A stretch of 64,000 nt of DNA from Oikopleura dioica (lineage: Eukaryota > Animalia > Chordata), in NCBI GenBank assembly GCA_907165135.1, contig OU015566.1, positions 4,960,001 to 5,024,000 on the forward strand, given 5' to 3'. The position numbers and the translations under genes were made by a program. Below, one piece after another: positions 53,436 through 64,000 of this stretch; within the stretch, counting starts at the first letter, position 1; every line of letters starts with the position of its first letter. The notes under the pieces are model-generated. The model made no database searches. It had not been told where the DNA came from and was given only the letters and a program-made list of their open reading frames with translations.

Positions 53436-54800
53436 ATGATTGTTGTTCTTTTGCTTGGAGTTTTGATCGGCGGTTTGATGCTTGGCGGTGTAGCAGTCTA
53501 CTTGTGCCGACAAGGTCAAGAAATCGGTGAGAACTTGGCTTGCAAGCTTGACTTCAACGCGGCTATTTTTGGAACTTCTTCTCAAGCCGACGATATTGCC
53601 TTTGTCGATGAGCGTTCTTTTACAAATATTACGGCTTTGGATGAAGAGGAGCTACGTCGTTTCCGCCGTGATGTCGATTACGGTAATCTTTTGTTTTTTA
53701 TAAAAAAAGTAAAAAAAATTTTAGCTCTTGTTCCAGCGGACGATTCAAGCGATCTCTCGATGGACGAGTTCTACGATCTTATCGTGGACACATATGTCGA
53801 AGAAGATTCAAGCGACGAGATGGGTAATAATGAAATCATGAATAAAGATTTTTAATGAATTTTAAAGTCATTACCACCACTGCTCCCATTGTGGAGATTT
53901 TGTCTGATGACTTTGACGTTGAAGGCAGTGGCGATGAGGGATCATCCGACATTCAGCAGCCTCCTGTGACTTCTTTGGCGACCGCGACCACGACCGTGAC
54001 CACGACCGCGACAACGACCGTCACCACTACTACGTCCAAGACCACGACCACACCTTTCTTGGCTACTACGGCTAAGACTACAGCAATGTCTACTCGTGAC
54101 ACCTTTGCCGTCGATTTTGAAGTCGTTGCTGATGATACCGTCGCCACCGCCGCCGCCGCCGCCGCCGCCGCCACCGGTGTCGAAGGATCAGGTAAAATGT
54201 TAATTCGGAAAAAATGTAAACGCTTGTCATCAAGGTTCCGGCGACAGCGGCGAAATTGACATCGATTTGGTCGACGATTTTGCTTCAAACTCGGCAGCAA
54301 AGAATCACGGTATTATCACATATATAAGTGTCTCGCTTGCCACTGTAATTGGCTACTATTTTGCGCTCGCTTTGCTCAAAGCAGGTAAAAAACGCTGTGA
54401 TTTATCATTTGCTAATTTTTGGGCGCATTCTGTAGCGCAGCTTGCTTGGGATAAACATCGTCGATGCTTCTTCATTCCAGCAGCCTCCTCATTTGATTCC
54501 TCATTCGATGATATGTGCTCTTCTTCTGGGGATGAAATTGTCTCTCTTCATCACCGCCGTCGCCGGGGCTATTTTCAGTCTCCAATTTTAGAAGACGACG
54601 AGGAGGAGGAGCAGGAAGATCTCATTTACGACTACGAGCCAATGGTGGCTCGCAACGTCAAGAATGCAAGTAAGTTTTTTACGTCAAAAAAACGCCCTTT
54701 TTCATACTTTTTTAAGATCCTACTGAGCGCTACAAATACTACAGCAATCTCGTCTAAGTCTCCACCGATTCGGCGTCATCATTTTATCGACAAAAGTTGA
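53436..54800 (+). CDS. Orphan membrane glycoprotein, Thr-rich with acidic Ser-Gly sites (proteoglycan-like); 3' end approximate
   Basis: N-terminal hydrophobic segment, DVEGSGD / VEGSGSGD motifs, TTATTT tract, TM IITYISVSLATVIGYYFALALL; short GT-AG introns. Confidence 0.7.
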
Positions 54801-54991
54801 TACAATTTATTGAAAAAAAATCTTTTCTCTCAACCTTACTAACCCAAATTACTGCTAATTTTAATTGCTCTATCCCTTTTCCTCAAGTGTTTACTAACAA
54901 CCTTCTTTGTGGTTCTAAACTGTTCCGCTCAATGACCTTCTCGTCTTATCAACAATCGATTATTTTTTTTAACTTAAGACAAGTGGTTGAT

Positions 54992-55759
54992 ATGTCTTCC
55001 GATCGTCCTCCATCTGCCGCGCCGTACGGTACTGCTCCTTCGCATGCTGATGCCGAGTCCGTCATCACCACTTCACGAGAGAATGGATTTGAAGTCGCAC
55101 TCGAGCGCCAGGAAGAGCGCCAGTACAACTCTCAGCAGTCAAATCGTCAGCAGAAAACTACAACCAAGAAAAAGAAAAACAAGTAATTACTTTTTTTTCA
55201 GCACAGATTCTTACAGTTAAATTTAAGACTGGTTCTTGGTTTCAAGATTGCCAAGAACATTTGCAAAGTGGCCAAGCGATCGAGACGAAGTAACGCATGT
55301 AAGAGATTTTCAATGCAGTAGCATTTTCTTATTTCTCTATTCAGATCATTCTACCACCAGCACGACGACTGTCGCTAAAAAGTCGAAATTTCGACTGATT
55401 TACGAAAGTGCCAAGAAGGCAGTGAAGAGTAAGTCATTTTTCGTGATGTTTTTGCTAATTGTTATTTTGTAGCAGTGCGGCATTCCAATCCTCGTCTTGT
55501 GAGCACTTTAGCTCTTGGAGATCTTGAAGCTACAGTTTCTTTGGCTTCACGTGGCAACTCTCGAGCCGCCATTGTAGAAGCTACTCGACCTACGTTCCCA
55601 CTTCCCGCAATGGCTCAAGAACAAGCGCGACTCGCTTTACCTGCCACCGTGGATGCTGCCGAGCCGACTGCTCCCGATTTTCAACGGTTCGAGCGTGTGC
55701 CTGCTCACATTGCCTTTCAGCGCGTGATTGAGCAACTTCAAGAGCGAAATTCGCGTTAA
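54992..55759 (+). CDS. Orphan protein, partial paralog of protein A
   Basis: FEVALERQE vs VDVALEPQE; ATVDAAEPTA vs TTADAAAEPTA; 4 short exons. Confidence 0.6.
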
Positions 55760-56033
55760 AAAATTCTCACTGCCACCAACCACCATTTTTAGGTCCATCT
55801 TTAGGTTTTTTACTAATTGAAAATTTAACTGTCATCCTGTCTGCCACTCACTCACATTCGCTCATGTTTGATCAATCCCTTTTACTCGCCCACCACCACC
55901 ACCGCCGCGCGAAAAGAGTTTTATTTATCCAGGATCTAAACTTCTTTTTGTGCATCAGCTCATTCACTGTCATCATTATCGTTTTGGACCACTAAATACT
56001 TATCAAAACTTTTTTAATTTTTTCTACTTTTAG

Positions 56034-56408
56034 GCTGATTGAGGAGCTCGATATTGTGATTGCCATAGAGGAGAATATTGTGCGGAGATCAAACGGCCTT
56101 CCAATGATGGTAATATAAAAAAAACTCGGGCTTTTTGGGTTAATTTTCATCTAGATCACGAGCGGTCCAATGTGCATGGCTCAAGTTCGAAAGACAATGT
56201 ACAACACAGGTAAAAACTTTTGTAAAAATAATGTTTCAACGTTTTTTATTCAGATCATTTGAGCAAGTACACCAAAAAGCGGCAAAGAGACGAAGACGAT
56301 TATCCCGATTTAACAGAGCTTTGGGATGAGAAAAAGTGTCGTTTTGCTGACCCGAGTTTAATCTATACTTCTGCTGTTGCTGCTCGACGTCAATTTTGCT
56401 GTTTTTGA
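56034..56408 (+). CDS. Small orphan multi-exon gene; start unresolved
   Basis: Three short exons with GT-AG introns, ending DHLSKYTKKRQRDEDDYPDL...FCCF*. Confidence 0.4.
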
Positions 56409-56440
56409 TTGCTGTTTCAATTCCTTTTTTTCAGAAAAAA

Positions 56441-59400
56441 ATGCACAATCGAAAAACTGAAATTTTCGAAAATCTCACCAGGTCGCCAGATCCTACATGC
56501 AACACGCCAAGTGCCAAAATTTTGATTCATTCGCCAGCCTCGGTAGGTGATCAATCTGACCAATCTTTTAATTCTATTTATAGGTTTATGAAAATAGCTC
56601 AAGTCAAGACCAATTTGACGAATCAACTCCGTTGAAACGACGCTCACTGCTGCCTCATTCTGCTGGGCCGAGTAAGCATCTTTCCCCTCGGGCTGCTGCG
56701 GCGGCGGCGGCGGCTATTCAACAAACAAGCGGTGGCGTCTTTTCTCTTAGCACGCCCTCACCTCTCAACAGCGTTGGTTCGACTAATTCTTCGCCGCATT
56801 TTCTTTCTCCTGGCTCAATTAATCCAAATCGTCCTACTTTTCCACGTAAGTTAAATTTTTAATAAAAATTGGTTAAAAGAAAATTAGTGTACACACTTGA
56901 AAATGGTGGCCGAAGTCGCTACGATTGGAAAAGCCCTTACAATCCAGAGTACGCAAGAGGGCTGGCATTTGTCAGGGGAACAAGCATGGTGATGGCGCGA
57001 AGAGGTACTCGCCCGCCAACAGGAGGACCCGTCACTCGACGATCAGTCACAAAAAAACAAAAATCTTCCAATGATGAGCCGAAGACGCCACCTCGAAAAA
57101 TTCCTGGTCCGCTTGAGCTAGGTTTTGGAAAAGATTTTTCCGTTTATGAATTTAAAAACACTCCTCTCGAAGATCGTTTTCCGCCTCCTGCACCTTCGGC
57201 GGCTCAAATGGCTGCGGCTCTGGAAGCTTCAAAGACGACTTCGACAGATAATCTCTACCGTCCTTATCGTCCTTTGACTCCTCATCCTACAGCCACGGTG
57301 ACGACTAGAAGTACAAGTAGAGCAACTCGTCGTCTCGATTTTGGCCCGAGTCAAGAGCCGATAAATCTTTCGCTTCCAAAGTCGGCTGATCAATCGCGCA
57401 AACGTAAGCGAGATAGCGATTGTGAAACGCCTCGTGGCGGCGATGAGGATGGTGACACTGCTGAAGACGACAAAATCGTGGAAAATGATTCGCCGCTTGA
57501 TTTGACAACCGCTGCTGCTGGTGGTGATTCAAAAGTTTCGAGCGGTTCTGAATCTGAAACTTGGAGCCCTTCTTATCCAGTCAAGATTCCGGTCACGGAC
57601 CGAAGAAACAAATCAAGACGGCTTGTGACTCAAAAGGAGAAAACACCTATCGTCCAGCAGTGCCGTACGGCGGCCGTACGACACCAGCAGCAGCAGCAGC
57701 AGCAGCAAGATGTCGAGGATCATTCGCCAAAAAAGGAAACATTTATTCCTTGTATGCTCAACGTTCACCGAAATGAAAAGGGTCAATTCGCTAGTAATGA
57801 TTCAACTCCCAAAAAAGCTTCACTTCGCAATTTGGCAAAGAAGAGAGCGCGCGCTCGATTGGATCCGAAGCGAGTTACAGAGTTTGACACTCTTCCAGCC
57901 TGTCCAAAAGTTCCACTTTTGACAAATAAAACGTCTGATGTCGAGCCGTACGGCACCGCCGAGCCGTATGGCACCGGTTCAAAAATGGCTTCAGCAAACA
58001 AGTCGATCGAAATCGATGTGTCTGGGTTGGATTCAATTGCTGAAGATGAGCTTACTTCTGGGGAGCGGCTCAAATTCATGAAAATCTACGCGCATGCTGT
58101 TACTGGACGCCGCGGAATTGTTCCAATGTTGGGCGACACAAATATGGGACATTATTTGCGTCGGCTTTCTTCAGAATTTGCACAGAATTGGCAAGTCTAT
58201 GGAAATCCTCAAAAGAAAGATGCGACAACGATTTTGGCGCAAATGAACTGGGATTGTTTCCGAGCCGATCGCATTGGTCCTCCACAGTACTATTCTCTTG
58301 ACGGTAGCAAGTTTAAAATGCCTGTCAATACGCCAAATTTTAAAAATCTTGGACCAAGACGGGCCACTTTCATGTTCAATGGGGAGTCAATCTTTTGGGC
58401 AATTATGTTTGCCAAGATTTGCGAGTTTGGGTAAGTTGGTAAAATAAAAAGAAAAATTAACATTTTCGATCAAGGTTAAATCAAACAACGGAAAAGAATG
58501 GGAAGCTCGCTCCCTTGGATTCGATTTCAAGGATGAAGAACTGCGCTTGATCATCGAGGATGTCAACAAATTACCAAAAACCGTTTGGCCTTGGCCCTTG
58601 GATCGTAAGCACGATTTTGAGCCTTTTCCAGCTGAACGAGCGGCAATTTTGTTGCTTATGGGCTTTTGCCCTTGTTCCCAGGATCCTCATTATGCTTCGA
58701 CCGTTGTCGCATTTCAAGAGGTAAGACGACGTTACTACTATAACGATTTGGTCATAGTAGTTATTTGTCTTATAGAATTTGTTCAACAGCGGCGTTGCAA
58801 AACGATTAAACGAGCCTCCATCTGCTGTTCAAATGGAATTCGTCTACGATCGCCTCGAAGTTTATCTCCATCGACTCGCCATAGCTTCAGTGGAGCGCGA
58901 TATCTTTGGACAAGTGGACGGATCTTCTGTTGCCCAGATAATTGAAAAACGATTTCAATTTATGGGAGCTGCTCTCGGCGATTACTTTCATACGACGCCT
59001 ACAATTGAAGATGTGATTCCTCAGCCAACGCAAGCAGGTGAAACTGACATTGACGAATGTGCTCTAACAATCGACACATCGTTGACAGAATGCAATCCGC
59101 CAATGTCACCGGCTCTGGAAAATGTGCTCGATTCGTTGCCCACAATCTTCAGATCTGGCCGAAGTTACATGCGCCCCACAAAAGAGCTGCTGATGCGGCT
59201 TACATTTGCACAATCTTTTCAACCGTTTACAGAAAATCCACATATGATGGAATTGGTATGTTTCAAATTTTAAGTTGAGATTCTGATTCTGATTTTAAAG
59301 TTTGGCGCTCGAGAAACTCCCAACAGCTGGTTCCGAAATTGCAAAGAATCAGAGCACACTTACCCAAGGCGAAAAACAAAAACTTTCTGCTGTTATCGAA

Positions 59401-59473
59401 AAGCTCAAAGCAAAATCTAACAAGGTAAATTTACTCAAGTGCGTTTTAATAAATTTACCAATTTTTCTAGTAA
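56441..59473 (+). CDS. Large orphan nuclear protein (~900 aa): disordered N-half with PINLS/PLDLT motifs and NLS, globular C-half; 3' end approximate
   Basis: 521-codon open exon plus flanking exons; RKRKR; probable 1-nt indel in the T-run at ~58393. Confidence 0.75.
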
Positions 59474-59603
59474 TTCCTTCTGCCGCTACCACATCGCTTT
59501 TCGCGCATATTTTTACCCTACGACATTTACTTGCACTTTCATTCTATTTTACTGAAAAATTGAAGTTTTTGAACAAAATTTTTAAAAGATCAATTCAACT
59601 AGA

Positions 59604-60009
59604 ATGTCACATCATCCGCCATTGACGGCACCGCTGGCTTGTTCAACGCCTTCACCCGAGTCAGTGGCAAATTCTGAAATGCGAGAATTGATGCCAAAGG
59701 TAACTGTTGCTCCCTCGCCTATTCCACGAACGGCATCTAATGGCGAATTGTTTCGAAGTCTGTCTCCAATCGTCTACAATGCATACAACTTTTGTGTCTC
59801 TTGTCAACGCGCGTTCACCGATCGGAATAGGCGATTTGTTGCCCATCCCTGCTCGCATGCTGTCTGTCAGAAAAGAGTCCAAAACTTATAAAACTATTTA
59901 GATGAGTTAGTTTTATTATTGGACTCTTTAAAAGTGCTCCTTAAAAACGATTGACATTTGTCTAGTCTGTAAAAGCGAAATTCTTATGCTTTTCAATACC
60001 GAGTTGTAA
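59604..60009 (+). CDS. Small RING-finger (C3HC4-like) protein
   Basis: CVSC...PCSHAVCQKR spliced to CSLKTIDICLVC; stop at 60007-60009. Confidence 0.75.
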
Positions 60010-60075
60010 ATTTTTTTTCTACAAATGAATTCATTCTTTTGAATTTTTTTAACCGGAATCCTGTATTTCAGAATC

Positions 60076-62750
60076 ATGAAATTGGTCTTTCTACTTGGCA
60101 TCATATCAATGGGAATATGTCAAGTCACTAACGACTGGGGATGGATCATGCCGTCGACCGAGCCTAAGTCGACCACGTCGACCGAGTCTACCACGTCGAC
60201 TACGACCACGACCACGTCGACTACGACCACGTCGACCACGTCGACCACGACCACGTCGACCACGACCACGACCACGTCGACCACGTCGACCACGACCACG
60301 TCGATCACGTCGACCACGACCACGTCGACCACGACCACGTCGATCACGACCACGTCGACCACGACCACGTCTACGACGACCACGCCCGAGTCCACGATAT
60401 TGCCTGAAAGATCCCAGCCAAGTACCATTTCCAGCATTGATTTATCAGCCACTACCGACGACGACGACGACGACGACGAAAAGTTGAACGGAACGACGAG
60501 TCCGACAAGTGTGGTTTCAAGGTACGTTTAGAAACTCGTGGTACCAAAAAAAATGCATGGTATAAAAATTTATCCCTCTTGAAAAATTGCGCTAGGAAAA
60601 GGGAAAACCGTCGCCGTCTTCAAGGTTGAGCAGAGTGATTTTTCACATGGCACAATTTTTTATACCATGCATTTTTTTTGGTACCATGAATCCCCAGACC
60701 TACCGCAAGATCCAATTTATTTTTTTTCAGCATCGCTGGCATAAATGAAACTCTGCTCCAACCACCACCTGCTCCGCCAACACCGAAATTCTCGAAAAAA
60801 CAAATTGTTTTGCTGTCAGTCGTTTATCCGATACTGTCCATATTTTCAATTTGTTTCTTTGGAATTGTGGTGATAACGTATTCAACTCACGATTGGAACT
60901 TGTGGGATTCGACAAAATACGCTGCTCGGACATGGCCGATTTTTATTCGAAATTTGTTTATGGATTGCTTATCGTTGATCCCATTCAGAGAGTTTGATCC
61001 AAAGAAACGGTATACAAACTACATACGAATCAACGCAACCATGACAAATTTTGACGGTAAATTTTTATCGGTTTTTTTTATTTTCAACCCATTTTTAGAT
61101 CGAAATCCGGGAAAACGAGTCCGTGGATGTTTTGCATCAATTTGGAAGCGCTGTTGTTGTTGTTTTTATCCACGTCAACAGTACTCGGATGCCATTCACG
61201 AAGAGATTGATCTTCAAAACGAGCGTCATCCAAGAAATTTACGTGGCGCACGATATCAATCTGGTGGTGACGATCATCATGAAACTTCTCGCCTTTTGAA
61301 CAATCAGCAACGCAATTTACCACCAAGACCTTCTCGACCGGTTAAACCTGGCCCACCGCGACCCGATTACCCAAGACCCGATTACGTAAGTCTATCGAAA
61401 GCACCGACACCTGTTGGCGGCGCCGCCCTGGCGGCGCTCAAGATTTTCGAGCAGCGGTGGAGCCGAACGGCGCAACAGCGGCGAGAACCGCGCGATACGC
61501 GCGCTTCTCGAGGGGGGCGCGGGGAGGGGCTTCGCCCCTAGAAAAAGTCGCGAAACCGCCTAGACGGCGGTCTCGGCTCCTTTTTCGTTGGCGTACGCTT
61601 GCGCGTACGCGATCGCGTACGCTTGCGCGTACGCGATCGCGTACGCGTGCGCGTACGCGTGCGCGTACGCGCTCGCGTGTGTGTTTTTGAACGCTTCGCT
61701 AAATTTTATTTCTAGTGCCAAGACGCCCCTTCTGGTAACATCGTGGTGAGCGACGAACGAGAGCTGGAGATTTTGGCTCAAGAGGAAAAGCTCAAAATGG
61801 CAACACAGCGAGTTATCGACAAGGAGCAGCGAAAGTTTGATCTTGAGCACAAAAGATACAAGGCTCGAGTCGAACACAAGCGGCGCAAGCGCGAAAAGGC
61901 AGAAAAACGAGCCAAAGCCAAGTACGAGAAGCGCAAAACCAAACTGGACATGATTCGAAACGCTGCTGCTGCTGCTGCTGCCGTACGGCCGCCGTACGGC
62001 ACCACCGGCACTCCTACAACTTCTGGTGGTGATGAATCGCTGACACCGTCATTTCAGACACCTCCCACCGCTCAAAATCGCTCTGTTCCGGCTCGAGTTT
62101 TTCCACAGCGACTCGAAAGGGAATCGTTTCGATTGTCAACAAAATTATCGCCAAGGGAAAAAGACGCCAAAGGTGAAAGCAAGCATTCGACGGAATCTAT
62201 TTCCCTTTTCGAGGAGCCAGCGATCATCGCCAACTTTGACTCGATCGACGACGACGACGATTCGCTCGCCAGTGACTGCTGCCGCTGCTGCTGCTGATCA
62301 ATCTTCTTCCTTTGACGAATCTGACATTATTCGTCAAATTGACAATGCCAAAACTCCTTCTCCACCACTATCTATGCGACGTCGCTCGCCATCCTGCTCT
62401 GCTCTTAATACGCCAGTCGTTGTCGCTCATGCTGCCACTGCAGCTGCTGATTCGAGTCAAAATTGGTCATACTCGATGCCGGATCTTAGGTAAGACTATT
62501 TCTAATCAAACAATTTTACCCAAAAATTTAGCCAAGCCTACAACACTTTTGTTCGACCGACGGCTTTTGGCAAGCTTCTCGACGTCGCATTTCCAGCCAC
62601 CACTGCCGCCACTGATGATGATGAGCAGCCACAATATGCATCAACTCCAGCAAAAAGAATACAGGCACTTGGGGCGCAGAGAATTTTTTTATATGTTTTG
62701 ATTAATCCTCGGATTGGCATTTTTAACTTGGTTATTGATGCGAGTTGAAA
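60076..62750 (+). CDS. Type I mucin-like membrane glycoprotein with long cytoplasmic tail; 3' end approximate
   Basis: Signal peptide MKLVFLLGIISMGIC, ~70-aa Thr/Ser stalk, TM, CCCC cluster, PPRPDYPRPDY, Lys/Arg/Glu coiled coil. Confidence 0.78.
60168..60385 (+). repeat. Coding minisatellite (ACCACG/TCGACCACG units) encoding a poly-Thr/Ser stalk
   Basis: Directly visible tandem repeats. Confidence 0.9.
60537..60688. mobile_element. Small hairpin MITE in an intron
   Basis: TGGTACCAAAAAAAATGCATGGTATAAAAATT / AATTTTTTATACCATGCATTTTTTTTGGTACCA. Confidence 0.75.
61590..61678. repeat. Intronic tandem array of seven 12-bp units with palindromic GCGTACGC core
   Basis: GCGTACGCTTGC GCGTACGCGATC GCGTACGCTTGC GCGTACGCGATC GCGTACGCGTGC GCGTACGCGTGC GCGTACGCGCTC. 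Confidence 0.9.
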
Positions 62751-63248
62751 ACACCAACCCGAGACATAGTCGACATATTATAATCGACAAACTCTGTTGC
62801 CCCTAAAAGCCATCGCTCGAATCGATACACCAACAATTGGCGCCGCGGGAGCTGGTGCCAGATCCAGATCGCAAACAGGAAACGGGAGGAGCAATCGTCA
62901 TTTGTTAGAAAATGACAAAATTTGTATGCATAGTGTCCGACTTTCCAATTTTTTTTGGTTTGTATTATTGGAACTAGTTGGAGCATGCATATAAATTTGT
63001 TCAACATTCGACGACTAAGCAAAATGATAATTGCTCCTCCCGATTAAAAAGTTGTTGCCACTATTCACGAGCTTCCGGAAGAAGAAGAAGATTATGAGGA
63101 CCAGCGACGCCGTACGGCCAGCCGTGGTGGTACCGTACGGTCTACCGTACGGCCTGGCCGGCGACAACGACGACAAACAGGCATGGGCGGTAAAATTACT
63201 ACCAACGTTACCATTTGTCGTACACAGGAACTTGTCCTTCTCTTGTAA

Positions 63249-63536
63249 ATGAAGCGCAGTCTCTGTGAACGATTAAAGAATAACGTTATAATCGACTTAC
63301 AGTACCGCCCATTCTCAGACAATCTCAACTCTGTCGGCACAACAATTTCTCGCTCTTCTGAGCCTCCACCACTGACAGAGTTTGATGGCGGCGCACTCTT
63401 GAGCGACGAAGAAATTCAAGAAGACGACAGTGTTTTCATTGAAGACGACGAAGATGCTTCTTTCCAGTTTGGACCTTCGTCGCCAAATCGCCCGAAGCGC
63501 GAGCGTAAAAACCAGATAGATTCACTCATTGAGTGA
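63249..63536 (+). CDS. Acidic orphan ORF or terminal exon
   Basis: 95-codon ORF with an acidic tract, same strand as the rest of the island. Confidence 0.45.
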   Translation: MKRSLCERLKNNVIIDLQYRPFSDNLNSVGTTISRSSEPPPLTEFDGGALLSDEEIQEDDSVFIEDDEDASFQFGPSSPNRPKRERKNQIDSLIE

Positions 63537-64000
63537 GCTCCGCAAAAGTTCACTTCCCGCTCCACAAAAGTTCACTTGATTCGGCTTTTTAAAATGTTAC
63601 TTGTAACATAATTTTCTCACTTGTACGACTGCTTATTTCCCCTGTTTTTTCATTTTTAAATGTTACAAAGTGCATTTGACCTAAAACAACTTAGAATACA
63701 TTAGCTCCAATTTAATCAGTTTTTCTTTTATTTAGACTCGAAGTGTTCTTGACAAAGGTGGTGATAATTCAAGGAAAAGGTCTTGTCGACGACTATTGCT
63801 ATATTTTTATTATAGTGCAGTAGAAAATAGTTGGACAACATCTTTTTGTGTTCGTGCTTCATGCAAACTCGATCACAAACAAAAAAGCCAACAAAAAGGA
63901 AAAGGCTGAAGAGGAATCAATCAAGGATGAGCCATCCGACACGTGGACACCAAGATCGCAGCGAGGCCGTTCGGCGCGGAGGAGGAGGAGGATTTCGTCA

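Noticed and set aside
60120-60452. Val/Asp-rich minus-strand ORF and Arg/Pro-rich alternative-frame ORF (also 53953-54300)
   Set aside because: These are shadows of the Thr-encoding repeat; only the Thr frame has a signal peptide and splice continuity.

Overview
This is eukaryotic, AT-rich, gene-dense DNA with many 40-55 nt introns, at least one GA-AG intron and many short non-autonomous DNA transposons (MITEs). These traits, plus the Cys-rich/Kelch-like and CUB gene families, point to a larvacean tunicate such as Oikopleura (inference). Most entries in the ORF track are exon fragments or antisense shadows. Bases 1-48,000 hold host genes: two EF-hand genes, a DEG/ENaC channel, a DCBLD-like receptor, three Cys-rich/Kelch-like genes (one a pseudogene), an SDR16C dehydrogenase, a kinesin, an arylsulfatase, a stand-alone Phactr-type PP1-binding protein, a CUB protein with an in-frame TGA, and three small secreted-peptide genes. 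They are interspersed with MITEs with 8-bp, 9-bp or TTAA target-site duplications (TSDs). One MITE sits in coding sequence and appears removable as a perfect GA-AG intron. From about 48.4 kb to the end, the sequence changes into an island of co-oriented, tightly packed orphan genes: a RING finger, two Thr-rich membrane glycoproteins, a CtBP-motif nuclear protein and a paralog pair. The island carries a recurrent CCGTACGG palindrome that I did not find elsewhere in the window. It is a candidate endogenous large DNA virus or giant mobile element, but no hallmark gene lies inside this window. Gene models were assembled by eye and boundaries are approximate where stated.
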